Below are positions 1 to 9,989 of a stretch of DNA of 63,626 nt, piece by piece. The stretch comes from Candidatus Enterousia sp. (lineage in GTDB: Bacteria > Pseudomonadota > Alphaproteobacteria > Rs-D84), in assembly GCA_045629645.1 (NCBI GenBank), contig JAZQRR010000026.1, positions 1 through 63,626 on the forward strand, written 5' to 3'. The notes under the pieces were generated by a model. It was not told the DNA's origin, made no database searches, and worked only from the letters and a program-made list of their open reading frames with translations. Position numbers and translations under genes: made by a program. Every line of letters begins with the position of its first letter. Position 1 is the first letter of the stretch.

Positions 1-9
1 ATTAAAGTT

Positions 10-384
10 ATGATTCAAAATGAAACAGTTATGACAGTTGCAGACAACAGTGGTGCACGCAAAGCTATGTGCATCAAGGTTTTGGGCGGTTCTCATCGTC
101 GTTATGCAACAGTTGGCGACAAAATCGTCGTCGCAATTAAAGAAGCCATTCCACGTGGTAAAGTTCAAAAAGGTACAGTACAACGTGCAATCATCGTTCG
201 TACAAAGTTCCCTGTAAAACGTCCAGACGGTTCTATTATCCGTTTTGATCACAATGCGGTTGTTTTAACCAATAAAAACAACTTTGAACCAATTGGAACA
301 CGTATCTTTGGACCAATCGCGCGTGAAGTTCGTCGTAAATACGATGTACAGAAAATCGTGTCTTTGGCACCGGAAGTAATATAA
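10..384 (+). CDS. rplN: 50S ribosomal protein L14
   Basis: Translation [27 protein letters not shown]... matches the L14 signature. First gene of an spc-operon order. Confidence 0.95.
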   Translation: MIQNETVMTVADNSGARKAMCIKVLGGSHRRYATVGDKIVVAIKEAIPRGKVQKGTVQRAIIVRTKFPVKRPDGSIIRFDHNAVVLTNKNNFEPIGTRIFGPIAREVRRKYDVQKIVSLAPEVI

Positions 385-405
385 TAACAGATGGAAGGTC
401 ATAAA

Positions 406-708
406 ATGAAAATTAAAAAAGGCGACGAAGTCGTAGTTATTTCGGGAAAATACAAAGGCGTCAAAGGTAAAGTGCTGGAAGCGCGCCCATCCGAATCACG
501 TGTTGTGGTCGAAGGTGTCAATCGTCATAAATGGCATGTAAAACCAACACAAGAACAACCAGGTCATATTATTGATCGCGAAGCGCCTGTTCATGTATCC
601 AATGTTGCATTGGTTGATCCAAAAACAAAGAAAGCAACACGCGTTGGTTACAAAGTAGAAGCAGGTAAAAAAGTTCGCGTTGCAAAAAAATCTGGTGCTG
701 AAATATAA
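406..708 (+). CDS. rplX: 50S ribosomal protein L24
   Basis: [23 protein letters not shown] is a KOW-motif L24. I chose the ATG at 406 because of the GGAAGG RBS upstream. The ORF-track start at 391 is an alternative. Confidence 0.9.
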   Translation: MKIKKGDEVVVISGKYKGVKGKVLEARPSESRVVVEGVNRHKWHVKPTQEQPGHIIDREAPVHVSNVALVDPKTKKATRVGYKVEAGKKVRVAKKSGAEI

Positions 709-763
709 TAACAAGTGAATTGTTGCCCGCTGTTACGGGGACACAACATTAAGGAAAAAAGAA

Positions 764-1309
764 ATGCAAAGCAGATTGCGTGAAATTTATGAAAAAGAAG
801 TTGTACCTGAATTGGTTAAAGAATTTGGGTATACAAATACATTTGCTGTTCCAAAGCTGACAAAAATCGTTCTGAATATGGGCGTCGGTGAAGCTGTTTC
901 TGATAAAAAGAAATTGGATGCAGCTGTTGCTGATTTGACAGCGATTGCGGCACAGAAAGCAATTAAGACGTGTGCAAAAAAATCAATTGCAACATATCGT
1001 CTGCGCGAAGGTCAGGAAATCGGTACAAAAGTTACATTACGTGGTAAAAGAATGTACGATTTCTTGGACAAGTTAATTACAATTGCTTTGCCACGAGTAA
1101 AAGACTTTCGTGGATTGTCAAAATCAAAGTTCGATGGTCGTGGTAACTATGCCTTTGGTATCAAAGAACATTTGATATTCCCAGAAATTTCTGTTGATAA
1201 AATTGACGCTATCCGTGGTATGGATGTCGTTATTGCAACAACAGCAAAAACAGATGATGAAGCACGTGCATTGCTGACCAAAATCGGCTTGCCATTGGTT
1301 TTGAAATAA
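764..1309 (+). CDS. rplE: 50S ribosomal protein L5
   Basis: 181 aa with L5-like sequence ([13 protein letters not shown]..., [15 protein letters not shown]) and the expected operon position. Confidence 0.95.
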   Translation: MQSRLREIYEKEVVPELVKEFGYTNTFAVPKLTKIVLNMGVGEAVSDKKKLDAAVADLTAIAAQKAIKTCAKKSIATYRLREGQEIGTKVTLRGKRMYDFLDKLITIALPRVKDFRGLSKSKFDGRGNYAFGIKEHLIFPEISVDKIDAIRGMDVVIATTAKTDDEARALLTKIGLPLVLK

Positions 1310-1327
1310 TAAAAAAGGTAAAAAAAG

Positions 1328-1630
1328 ATGGCGAAATTAGCGTTAATTAATAAACAAAAAAGACGTGAAAAGTTGGTCGCAAAATATGCAAAGAAACGCG
1401 AAGCGTTGAAGGCACAGATGTCAGTTAATGCGACACAAGAAGAAAGAATCGATGCAATGAAAAAGTTGGCAAAATTGCCACGTAATGCAAACCCAACACG
1501 TTTGCGCAATCGTTGCAGTGTCACAGGTCGTTCACGCGGTTTCTCTCGTTTGTTCGGTTTGTGCCGTCAGCAGGTTCGTACAATGGCCAGTGAAGGAAAA
1601 CTGCCAGGTGTACGTAAGTCTAGCTGGTAA
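1328..1630 (+). CDS. rpsN: 30S ribosomal protein S14
   Basis: 100 aa ending [39 protein letters not shown], the long-form S14 C-terminus. Confidence 0.93.
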   Translation: MAKLALINKQKRREKLVAKYAKKREALKAQMSVNATQEERIDAMKKLAKLPRNANPTRLRNRCSVTGRSRGFSRLFGLCRQQVRTMASEGKLPGVRKSSW

Positions 1631-1708
1631 TATTTAACCCAACTGTGGACAATGCAGTTGTAGAAACCCTGTGGGGCGCAAGCCCCGCAATGTTAAGGAG
1701 TAAAAAAG

Positions 1709-2107
1709 ATGTCACTATCACACCCAATCGGCGATATGATTACCCGCATCCGTAATGGTCAAAATGCTGGTAAAGAAACAATCGTCGTACCAAACAGCAA
1801 ATTGCGTGCAGCAGTTTTGTCTGTATTAAAAGAAGAAGGTTTTATTACTGATTTCCGTATCGAAGCAATCGATGAACATCGTTCAAATTTGGTTGTTGAA
1901 TTGAAATATGTAAGCGGAAACGGTGCAATTCAGGAAATTTCAGTTGTTTCTAAGCCAGGTCGCCGTGTTTATTCTGGCAGTGCAAAGATGCCAAAGGTTT
2001 TAAATGGCTTGGGTATTGCAATTGTTTCTACACCAAACGGCGTTATGACTGATCACAAAGCACGCTTGATGAATGTCGGTGGCGAAGTATTGTGCAAGGT
2101 TATATAA
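1709..2107 (+). CDS. rpsH: 30S ribosomal protein S8
   Basis: MSLSHPIGDMITRIRNGQNA... is the S8 N-terminal signature. Confidence 0.95.
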   Translation: MSLSHPIGDMITRIRNGQNAGKETIVVPNSKLRAAVLSVLKEEGFITDFRIEAIDEHRSNLVVELKYVSGNGAIQEISVVSKPGRRVYSGSAKMPKVLNGLGIAIVSTPNGVMTDHKARLMNVGGEVLCKVI

Positions 2108-2125
2108 GAAAGTGAGGATTGAATT

Positions 2126-2677
2126 ATGTCTCGTGCAGGAAAATATCCAGTTAAACTGAGTGATGGCGTTAGTGTGGCGATTGCTGACAACGCATTGGTA
2201 GTCAAAGGCCCAAAAGGTGAATTGAAATTAAGCTTGGATACAAAAAATGCAGGCTTGGTAGATATTGTTATCGAAGAAGGTCAAATCGTTATTAATCCAA
2301 AAGACGCAGAAGAAAAAGCATCTAGAACAATGTGGGGCACAATGGCGCGCAATGTTCGCAATGCAGTAGAAGGTGTTTCAAAAGGTTTTGAAAAACCTAT
2401 GTATATGAAGGGTGTTGGTTATAGAGCGTCTGTTAAAGGAAATCAATTGGTTTTGGTCGCAGGTTATTCTCATGATGTTATCATGGATATCCCAGCGGGC
2501 TTGACAGTTGTTATGGGCGATACACCAACAGAATTTACTGTCCAGGGTATGGATAAATGCTTGGTTGGTCAATTTGCGGATAAAATTCACAAGGTTCGTA
2601 AAGCAGATCCATATAAGGGCAAGGGCATCTTCTATAAGGGCGAAAGAATCCGTCGTAAAGAAGGTAAGAAGAAATAA
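2126..2677 (+). CDS. rplF: 50S ribosomal protein L6
   Basis: MSRAGKYPVKL... and ADPYKGKGIFYKGERIRRKEGKK are L6-like. Confidence 0.95.
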   Translation: MSRAGKYPVKLSDGVSVAIADNALVVKGPKGELKLSLDTKNAGLVDIVIEEGQIVINPKDAEEKASRTMWGTMARNVRNAVEGVSKGFEKPMYMKGVGYRASVKGNQLVLVAGYSHDVIMDIPAGLTVVMGDTPTEFTVQGMDKCLVGQFADKIHKVRKADPYKGKGIFYKGERIRRKEGKKK

Positions 2678-2729
2678 TAATTAACTTTGATTTCCGCTGT
2701 TACGGAAATTGGAAAAAAGGGAAAAGAAA

Positions 2730-3086
2730 ATGTTGAAACATTTATCTAGAGAAGAAAGACGCACATTGGCAAATCGCGGTGCGTTGAAGAGAAAAAATCC
2801 TGGCAAGATTCGTTTGTCAGTATTCCGTTCTGGTCGCCATATTGAAATTCAGGCGATTGATGACACCAAGGGACACACAATTTGTGCTGCGTCTTCAAAA
2901 GAAAAAGCCTTTGCAGGAAAAGGTTGGAATGTTGCTGGTGCAGAACTGGTAGGTAAGGCTTTTGCTGAACGTGTCGTTGCGGCAAAAATTGCTGATAATT
3001 GTTACTTTGATCGTGGTGGTTATCGCTATCATGGTCGTGTAAAGGCGCTGTGCGAAGCAATCCGCGCAGGTGGCGTTAGAATATAA
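2730..3086 (+). CDS. rplR: 50S ribosomal protein L18
   Basis: RLSVFRSGRHIEIQAIDD... and FDRGGYRYHGRVKALCEAIRAGG are L18-like. The ATG at 2730 is preferred over the upstream TTG at 2709. Confidence 0.9.
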   Translation: MLKHLSREERRTLANRGALKRKNPGKIRLSVFRSGRHIEIQAIDDTKGHTICAASSKEKAFAGKGWNVAGAELVGKAFAERVVAAKIADNCYFDRGGYRYHGRVKALCEAIRAGGVRI

Positions 3087-3108
3087 TTGAATAAGACGGA
3101 GTATTATA

Positions 3109-3663
3109 ATGGCACGTTTTGATGATAAAAAATTGCAGACAGATAACTTGGTAGATAAATTGGTATCTATCAACCGTGTATCTAAGACTGTAAAAGGTGG
3201 TCGCAACATGTCTTTCTCGGCATTGGTTGTGGTCGGTGATAAATCTGGTCGTGTTGGATTTGGTAAGGGTAAAGCGTTAGAAGTCCAAGCTGCGGTACAG
3301 AAAGCTACAAAGGCGGCAAAAGCAAAAATGATTCGTGTACCACTGAAAGAAGGTCGTACATTGCATCATGATAGTGCTGCGAAATATGGCGCCAGCAAAT
3401 TGGTTGTACGTTCAGCTGTTCCTGGTACTGGTATCATCGCAGGTGGTGCTTTGCGTGCTGTTTTTGAATGTTTGGGCGTTCAGGACGTTGTTGTAAAATC
3501 ACAAGGTTCTAATAATCCAAACAATATGATTCGTGCTGCGTTCTTGGCGTTCAATAAAATGAATTCTCCAAAAACAGTGGCTGCGCGTCGTGGCAAAACA
3601 GTTGCAGAAATCATCGCTGGCCGTGATGGTAAAAAGTTAGAAGTAGCAACAGAAGATAAATAA
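3109..3663 (+). CDS. rpsE: 30S ribosomal protein S5
   Basis: [27 protein letters not shown] is the S5 signature. Confidence 0.95.
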   Translation: MARFDDKKLQTDNLVDKLVSINRVSKTVKGGRNMSFSALVVVGDKSGRVGFGKGKALEVQAAVQKATKAAKAKMIRVPLKEGRTLHHDSAAKYGASKLVVRSAVPGTGIIAGGALRAVFECLGVQDVVVKSQGSNNPNNMIRAAFLAFNKMNSPKTVAARRGKTVAEIIAGRDGKKLEVATEDK

Positions 3664-3689
3664 TCTGGGTATAAATAGGAGTTTGAATT

Positions 3690-3866
3690 ATGGCTAAAAT
3701 AGTTGTAAAACAAGTAAAAAGTACTATCGGTCGCCCAGAATCTCAGGTCAAAATCGTAAAAGCGTTGGGCTTGGGGCGTATCGGTAAAACCAAAGAATTG
3801 GAAGATACAGCTTCTGTTCGTGGTATGATTGCAAAAGTTTCTCATTTAGTAGAAATTGCGCAATAA
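3690..3866 (+). CDS. rpmD: 50S ribosomal protein L30 (58 aa, below the ORF-track size cut-off)
   Basis: Hand translation gives MAKIVVKQVKSTIGRPESQVKIVKALGLGRIGKTKELEDTASVRGMIAKVSHLVEIAQ. An AGGAG RBS lies upstream and the position between rpsE and rplO is as expected. Confidence 0.8.
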   Translation: MAKIVVKQVKSTIGRPESQVKIVKALGLGRIGKTKELEDTASVRGMIAKVSHLVEIAQ

Positions 3867-3878
3867 TATATTAGATAG

Positions 3879-3925
3879 TGCAAAGATTGATTACATATAT
3901 TGTGAATCAATCTTTTGCATTTTTT
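3879..3925 (+). terminator. Hairpin plus T-run inside the spc operon, between rpmD and rplO
   Basis: TGCAAAGATTGATT...AATCAATCTTTTGCA followed by TTTTTT. Confidence 0.45.
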
Positions 3926-4008
3926 AAACCGAGTATATAAACAAGCACTTGTTTATATGCGACAAAGAACTATGTAAAAAGTAGTTATAGGACAAAAAGG
4001 AATATAAA

Positions 4009-4467
4009 ATGAAATTAAATGCTTTGATGGATAATTTTGGTGCACGTCAGAACGCAGTACGCGTTGGTCGTGGTATGGGATCTGGTTCTGGTAAAACTGC
4101 CGGTCGTGGTCACAAAGGTCAAAAAGCGCGTAGTGGTTCACGTAAACAGGCAACATTCCAAGGTGGTCAGATGCCTATCTTGCGTCGTTTCCCAAAATTT
4201 GGTTTCAATAATCCATTTGCAAAAGAATATGTAACAATCAACTTGGGTGATATTGAAAAATTCATCGCATCAGGTAAGATTGATGCATCAAAAGAAATCA
4301 ATATTGATTCTTTGCTGGCTGCAAAAATTATCAACCGTAAATTAAGTGGTTTGAAAGTTTTGGCAAAAGGTGAAATCAAATCAGCAGTTAATGTTGTTGC
4401 AGATAAATGGTCTAAATCAGCAGAAGCAGCAATTGTAAAAGCTGGTGGAAGCATTAAAAACAACTAA
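4009..4467 (+). CDS. rplO: 50S ribosomal protein L15
   Basis: RVGRGMGSGSGKTAGRGHKGQKARSG is the L15 signature. Confidence 0.95.
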   Translation: MKLNALMDNFGARQNAVRVGRGMGSGSGKTAGRGHKGQKARSGSRKQATFQGGQMPILRRFPKFGFNNPFAKEYVTINLGDIEKFIASGKIDASKEINIDSLLAAKIINRKLSGLKVLAKGEIKSAVNVVADKWSKSAEAAIVKAGGSIKNN

Positions 4468-4532
4468 TCTTAATAAAATATTCAGGTATCCGATAATCAC
4501 GGGTGCCTGACAACGGTTAAAAGTTCATTCGC

Positions 4533-5849
4533 ATGAAATTCTTAAAAGGCTTTTTCGGTAATCTTAGCGATTTGCAGAAGCGTATTCTGTTTACGTTGGG
4601 GGCGCTGATTGTTTATCGTATTGGGTCCTTTATTCCATTACCAGGGGTAAATGCATCGGCTGTGTTGCATTTGTTCCAAGGCGATAATGGGATGATGGGA
4701 ATGTTTGATATGTTCAGTGGTGGTTCTTTGTCACGTATGTCGGTGCTGGCGCTGAATATTTTCCCGTATATTTCTGCTTCGATTGTGTTGCAGTTGTTAT
4801 CTGCAACCAGCAAGTCTTTAAATGATTTGCGTAAAGAAGGAGAGTCTGGACGTACGAAAATTAACCAATACACACGTTATTTGGCGGTTGTGTTGGCGAT
4901 TGTTCAGGGTTGGGCGGTTATTCGCGGTTTGGAAATGATGGCGCCTGTTGATGGTGTGGCTGCGGTTGTTAACCCTGGGTTTGCGTTTGAATTATCTGCG
5001 ATTATCGCGTTGGTTGGTGGTACTGTTTTTGTCATGTGGTTGGCAGAACAAATTACTGCGCGTGGTATCGGGCAGGGTGCTTCGTTGTTGATTTTTGCTG
5101 GGATTATTGCAGAAGTTCCAGGTGGTATTGCGCAACTGATTTCTTTGGGGTCGGTTGGTCAAATTTCACCAGCGATGATTGCGTTGGTATTGGCGTTTGT
5201 AGTTGGTATCGTCGCATTGATTGCGTTCTTTGAACAGGCGCAACGTCGTATTCAAATTTTATACCCTCGTCAAGTTATGGCGAACGGTGTGATGAATACA
5301 AACGCGTCTTATTTGCCAATCAAGGTAAATATGTCTGGTGTTATGGGACCTGTTTTTGCATCTTCTATTATGATGTTGCCTGCATTTATCCAGCGTTTTG
5401 TTCAGAGTGATAATTTGACTGTTCAGACGATTATGGGATTCTTTACATATGGAACGTGGTCTTATATCATACTGTTTACAGTATTGATTGCGTTCTTTGC
5501 ATATTTTCAGACTGCGGTTATCTTTAATTCAGAAGAAACCAGTAATAATTTGAAAAATGCGGGTGGTTATATCCCAGGGGTTCGTCCAGGTGAACAGACA
5601 ATTAAATATCTGGATAATGTTGTATCACGCACGACAGCGATTGGCGTTGTATATTTGATTGTTGTTTGTGTATTGCCAATTGTTTTGAATACACATGTTG
5701 GTATGCCTTTGACAATTGGTGGTACAAGTGTATTGATTGTGGCAGGTGTGGTTTTGGACACTGTGAATCAGGTTCAGTCATACTTGGTTGCAAAGCAATA
5801 TAGTGGTGTTGTTAAGAAAACACAAAAGAAAGGGCGTTTTCGCGGTTAA
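4533..5849 (+). CDS. secY: Preprotein translocase subunit SecY
   Basis: 438 aa polytopic membrane protein with SecY-like motifs (GSFIPLPGV, LNIFPYISASIVLQLL) and the expected operon position. Confidence 0.95.
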   Translation: MKFLKGFFGNLSDLQKRILFTLGALIVYRIGSFIPLPGVNASAVLHLFQGDNGMMGMFDMFSGGSLSRMSVLALNIFPYISASIVLQLLSATSKSLNDLRKEGESGRTKINQYTRYLAVVLAIVQGWAVIRGLEMMAPVDGVAAVVNPGFAFELSAIIALVGGTVFVMWLAEQITARGIGQGASLLIFAGIIAEVPGGIAQLISLGSVGQISPAMIALVLAFVVGIVALIAFFEQAQRRIQILYPRQVMANGVMNTNASYLPIKVNMSGVMGPVFASSIMMLPAFIQRFVQSDNLTVQTIMGFFTYGTWSYIILFTVLIAFFAYFQTAVIFNSEETSNNLKNAGGYIPGVRPGEQTIKYLDNVVSRTTAIGVVYLIVVCVLPIVLNTHVGMPLTIGGTSVLIVAGVVLDTVNQVQSYLVAKQYSGVVKKTQKKGRFRG

Positions 5850-6008
5850 TAAAAATCGTGAAAATGAAAACAAGATTTGACTTTTGTCGATATTTATATA
5901 AAATTAATCGGCAAAATAAAAATGGCCTGTGGTGAAAATCATAGGTTTTGGTATCGAGATGCTGGGTGGACTTGGCATTTCGCAGTTAAATAAAAAGGAA
6001 AAAGAAAA

Positions 6009-6386
6009 ATGGCACGTATAGCAGGTGTTAACATTCCGACAGAAAAACGCATTGAAGTTGCGTTGCAATATATTCACGGTATTGGTCCAGCCAAGGCTGC
6101 CCAGATTTGTGAAGCGTTGAAATTAAAAGACGGTTTGCGCGCAAAAGATTTGACAGACGCGGATGTTATCAAAATTTCTAAATATATTGAAGAAAACTTT
6201 ACAGTAGAAGGTGATGTTCGTCGTGAAGTTGCAATGAACATCAAACGTTTACAAGATTTAAAAGCATATCGCGGTATCCGTCATCGTAATCGTTTGCCGG
6301 TTCGCGGTCAGCGTACACAAACAAATGCCCGTACACGTAAAGGTAAACGTGTAGTAGTTGCAGGTTCAGCAACCAAGGGTAAGTAA
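6009..6386 (+). CDS. rpsM: 30S ribosomal protein S13
   Basis: [26 protein letters not shown] is the S13 signature. Confidence 0.95.
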   Translation: MARIAGVNIPTEKRIEVALQYIHGIGPAKAAQICEALKLKDGLRAKDLTDADVIKISKYIEENFTVEGDVRREVAMNIKRLQDLKAYRGIRHRNRLPVRGQRTQTNARTRKGKRVVVAGSATKGK

Positions 6387-6488
6387 AAATTAATCTAATG
6401 TCATATCTGTGCGCGTTGGGCCTTGGTCATGTAGCTGTATGTACACCTCCGTCGCCCAACATACACATCTGTAACATTATCTTAATTT
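6387..6488. repeat. 102-bp palindromic intergenic element (RPE-like), copy 1
   Basis: The left arm AAATTAATCTAATGTCATATCTGTGCGCGTTGGGC is complementary to the right arm GCCCAACATACACATCTGTAACATTATCTTAATTT. The centre contains TCATGTAG. Confidence 0.6.
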
Positions 6489-6551
6489 TTTAGAATAAGG
6501 TAGAGATTAACACCATAGTTAATTGAAGACATCGAAAAAGGAAAATAAAAA

Positions 6552-6935
6552 ATGGCAGGTACAAAAGCTAAAAAGAAAGTCGTAAAAAAAGTATCACATG
6601 GCATTGCACATGTTGTTGCGACAAATAACAATACTCGTATTACAATCACAGACCAGTCAGGCGCTGTTTTGGCATGGGCAACCGCTGGGGCAAATAACTT
6701 CAAGGGCGCAAAAAAGTCCACACCATACGCGGCAACAATTGTTGCAGATGCTGTTGGTAAAAAAGTCGCCGAAATGGGTATGAAAACAGTTGATGTTTTG
6801 ATGCGTGGTATTGGTCAGGGTCGTGAATCTGCTGTACGTGGATTGGCAAATGCTGGTCTGATTGTGCAGTCCATCACTGATACAACTCGTATTCCTCATA
6901 ATGGTTGCAGACCAAAAAAGGTACGCAGAGTATAA
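6552..6935 (+). CDS. rpsK: 30S ribosomal protein S11
   Basis: GIAHVVATNNNTRITITDQSGAVLAWATAG... and IPHNGCRPKKVRRV are S11-like. Confidence 0.95.
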   Translation: MAGTKAKKKVVKKVSHGIAHVVATNNNTRITITDQSGAVLAWATAGANNFKGAKKSTPYAATIVADAVGKKVAEMGMKTVDVLMRGIGQGRESAVRGLANAGLIVQSITDTTRIPHNGCRPKKVRRV

Positions 6936-7061
6936 TCAAAAACCGTCCGTATGGGCGGGTTTTTTGTTACGCAAATTATTTTTTTATAGATTTTTGATGT
7001 CGGCTTGTTATAATTCCTGCGAAATCAGAGGTCGAGAGAAAAAACATAAAAAGGTATTAAG

Positions 7062-7388
7062 ATGAAAAAAATGTTTTTCGTTGTTTTATCTGGAATTTTG
7101 ATGGCTAATGTTGCGGTTGCGTGTGCGCCTTCTTATCAGACAGAGCAGCTAGTTGTAACAGAGCAGATAACAGTTGTTGAAAATACTTATTCTGCGCCAC
7201 GTGTGCATAATGTTGTCGTGCGTCGTCCGTATGTAAGTCGTGTTGCAGAACCTGTGCGCGTAAAAACGCATACTGAAATTATTGATCATTATCAGGTATA
7301 TCAGCCGGTAACTGTATATCAACCTGTTGGCACACAGATTCAGCGTCGTGTTGTGCCTGTTTCAAGTTGCTATCATTGTGATTTTTAA
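7062..7388 (+). CDS. Small exported protein or possible lipoprotein of unknown function, inserted between rpsK and rpoA
   Basis: Signal-like N-terminus MKKMFFVVLSGILMANVAVAC followed by a Val/Gln/Pro/Tyr-rich body. I recognise no homology. Confidence 0.5.
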   Translation: MKKMFFVVLSGILMANVAVACAPSYQTEQLVVTEQITVVENTYSAPRVHNVVVRRPYVSRVAEPVRVKTHTEIIDHYQVYQPVTVYQPVGTQIQRRVVPVSSCYHCDF

Positions 7389-7565
7389 TTTTTTTAATTT
7401 GTCTTGTTGTCTGAATTATGTTCGGGCGCAAGACAAAAATAATTTATAAAAGATTAAGATTTTATTTGATTTTTTGTGAATTGTGATATAAAATACGCGC
7501 ACGCGTACGATTTTTGTATGCTGCCATTTGGCGAAAATGATAAACTAAGCTAAAAGGAACTATAA

Positions 7566-8594
7566 ATGATCGAAAAAAACTGGATGACTTTGATTAAGCC
7601 AAAAAAATTGACAATCAAAGCAGATGAACACAATCCAAATATTGCTACACTGATTGCGGAACCTTTGGAAAAGGGTTTTGGTTTGACATTGGGTACGGCG
7701 TTACGTCGTGTATTGATGTCTTCTTTGCAAGGGTGCGCACCAATTTACATTAAAATTGATGGCGTTCAACACGAATTCTCAAGCATTTCTGGCGTACGCG
7801 AAGATGTAACAGATATTATTTTGAATTTAAAGGGTGTATATTTCAAGGCCCTGACCGAAGGTCAACACAAGGCTTATTTAAAGGTAAAAGGCCCAGCTGT
7901 TGTTACTGCGGGTATGATTGAAACATCGGGCAGTGTTGAAGTTATGAACAAAGATGCAGAAATTTGCACTTTGGACAAGGGCGCAAGTCTGGATATGGAA
8001 ATCACATTGGGTTCGGGTCGTGGTTATGTTCCAGCGTCTCAACATGCGGGTGATTTGCCATTGGGTGTTATTCCGGTTGATTCTATCTTCTCGCCGGTAT
8101 TAAATGTTGCAAGTGATGTTTTGCCAACACGTGTTGGTCAGTCAACAGATTATGATAAATTGGAATTGACAGTTAAAACAAACGGGGCTGTTTCTCCGGA
8201 AGATGCGATTGCATATGCTGCGCGTATTTTGACAGATCAGTTGGTTGTATTTATCAACTTTGAAGATCCTGCACAAATCACAGGCGCAACAGAAGAAGAC
8301 AAAGCAAAAGATACATTGCCATTTGATCCAAAATTGTTAAAGCATGTTGATGAATTGGAATTGTCAGTTCGTGCAAATAATTGCTTGAAAAACGACAAGA
8401 TTAACTGGTTGGGCGAATTGGTTCAAAAGACAGAAGCAGATATGCTGAAAACACCAAACTTTGGTCGCAAGTCTTTGAACGAAATCAAGGTTCAATTGGA
8501 AGCAATGGGCTTGGGCTTGGGTATGGAAGTACCGGGTTGGCCACCAGAAAATATTGCAGAGTTGGCCAAGAAATACGAAGACCCATACAAATAA
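7566..8594 (+). CDS. rpoA: DNA-directed RNA polymerase alpha subunit
   Basis: 342 aa. Both the N-terminal domain ([20 protein letters not shown]) and the C-terminal domain ([13 protein letters not shown]...[10 protein letters not shown]) are recognisable. Confidence 0.95.
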   Translation: MIEKNWMTLIKPKKLTIKADEHNPNIATLIAEPLEKGFGLTLGTALRRVLMSSLQGCAPIYIKIDGVQHEFSSISGVREDVTDIILNLKGVYFKALTEGQHKAYLKVKGPAVVTAGMIETSGSVEVMNKDAEICTLDKGASLDMEITLGSGRGYVPASQHAGDLPLGVIPVDSIFSPVLNVASDVLPTRVGQSTDYDKLELTVKTNGAVSPEDAIAYAARILTDQLVVFINFEDPAQITGATEEDKAKDTLPFDPKLLKHVDELELSVRANNCLKNDKINWLGELVQKTEADMLKTPNFGRKSLNEIKVQLEAMGLGLGMEVPGWPPENIAELAKKYEDPYK

Positions 8595-8694
8595 ATTAAA
8601 TTCTGTGGACCATTGTCGTGTTTGCCGGTTTTCATGTAGGTCAACTACACATCAAACCGTCAAACACTTCCACTGGTCGCACATAATTTAATTT
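8593..8694. repeat. 102-bp palindromic intergenic element (RPE-like), copy 2
   Basis: The arm AAATTAAATTCTGTGGACCATTGTCGTGTTTGCCGGTTT is complementary to AAACCGTCAAACACTTCCACTGGTCGCACATAATTTAATTT. It has the same length, the same AAATTAA...TTAATTT termini and the same central TCATGTAG as copy 1. Confidence 0.6.
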
Positions 8695-9007
8695 CTTGAT
8701 TTCTTACATTGCAAGGGGGATTTTCCCTTGCAAATTGTGGGAAATATGGTATAAAAAGGAACGCATAATGACAAAAAAGAAAGATTGTTTTAATAAAGCA
8801 ACAGCCAGGGTGGCGGAAAAAAAGGTAAAGCCAAACACCAAAGTGGCAAAAAGCGATAACGTTTTTGTGCAGATTTTTAACTCTATCTTTTTTGGTCGTT
8901 CACAGTACTAATATTTTAATCCCGTGATACTGACAATGGTTAGGTTGCGGACGTCTCAAAAGAATCCCGTCCGTTTGGGGCAGGGCAGAAACAAAAAGGA
9001 GTAATCG

Positions 9008-9433
9008 ATGAGACACATGAAAGCAGGTCGCACATTTAATCGCGATACAAATGCACGCAAAGCCTTGTTTATTGGTTTGGCGAAAAACTTGATTGAAAAA
9101 GAACAGATTAAAACAACTTTGCCAAAGGCAAAAGATTTGCGTAGTGTTGTTGAAAAACTGATTACACGCGCCAAGGTTGATACAGTTGCAAACCGTCGTT
9201 TGACTGCGTCTGAATTGGGCAATTCTTCTGCTGCAACGGTCAAGAAATTGTTTGATGTTTTGGGCAAACGTTATGCAAATCGCCCAGGTGGTTATACACG
9301 CGTATTAAAGGCTGGTTTCCGTTATGGCGACGCGGCACCAATGGCAATTATTGAATTGGTTAATCGTGATGAAAATGCCAAGAAAGCAGCACCAGTTGCA
9401 GAAGCGGTTGCAGAAGAAAAAACAGCTGAATAA
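9008..9433 (+). CDS. rplQ: 50S ribosomal protein L17
   Basis: [21 protein letters not shown]... is the L17 signature. Confidence 0.95.
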   Translation: MRHMKAGRTFNRDTNARKALFIGLAKNLIEKEQIKTTLPKAKDLRSVVEKLITRAKVDTVANRRLTASELGNSSAATVKKLFDVLGKRYANRPGGYTRVLKAGFRYGDAAPMAIIELVNRDENAKKAAPVAEAVAEEKTAE

Positions 9434-9525
9434 TATATCAGTTGCGATAATTAAAACACCCCTGTTGGGGTGTTTTTTTATAGAATTTAAGAACATTTTT
9501 TTGTTAATCTAGAAATTCTTCCCCT

Positions 9526-9727
9526 TGTCATCCTGTGGCTTGACCACAGGACCCAGGTAGTAAAATCCGCATTATAATGTTTGGAAAAGCTTTTTCTGTT
9601 TATGTAATTTGGTGGCTTTTTTATTGTACGAAAGCTTGATGAAGTAGGAATCATAGGTTCCAAGGTAATGCATTCCGTATAAATAAGCATTATGACCTGG
9701 GTTCTGGTGTCAAGCACCAGAATGACA
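9526..9727. mobile_element. MITE-like ~200-bp element with 32-bp hairpin-containing terminal inverted repeats
   Basis: TGTCATCCTGTGGCTTGACCACAGGACCCAGG (9526-9557) against the reverse complement of CCTGGGTTCTGGTGTCAAGCACCAGAATGACA (9696-9727). No coding capacity. Confidence 0.5.
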
Positions 9728-9853
9728 AAGTTTTTTTACAAAAAACTTTGTTTAGCAAAGAAGGAAGTTAATATATAAAATATGAATAAATTATTTAAAC
9801 AATAATATTTGTAGTAATTAAGAACGGTTTTTATTAATTTTAGATATATCTTT

Positions 9854-9892
9854 CCTTGTCATCCTGGGGCCTGTGGTCAAGCCACAGGATGA
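9854..9892. repeat. Compact palindromic relative of the 9526 TIR
   Basis: CCTTGTCATCCTGGGGCCTGTGGTCAAGCCACAGGATGA. The upstream context (AGATATATCTTTCCTTGTCATCCTG) also resembles 9511-9535. Confidence 0.4.
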
Positions 9893-9989
9893 TAAGTGTT
9901 TTGGAGCCCCAAGGGGAAGTAGGGTCCCTGTTCTGGGATTTTTTTTGATTTGTATATATGATAAATATGAGACAAATAGCACTTTTTTG

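Noticed and set aside
8696-8911. 71-aa ORF between rpoA and rplQ
   Set aside because: It uses a TTG start inside the spacer and has no family resemblance. Only the shorter 47-aa version from the ATG at 8768 has a weak AAGGA RBS. That is not enough support to annotate it as a feature.
9487-9717. 76-aa ORF across the MITE-like element
   Set aside because: It is explained by the inverted-repeat element. It has no RBS and reads through both TIR hairpins.
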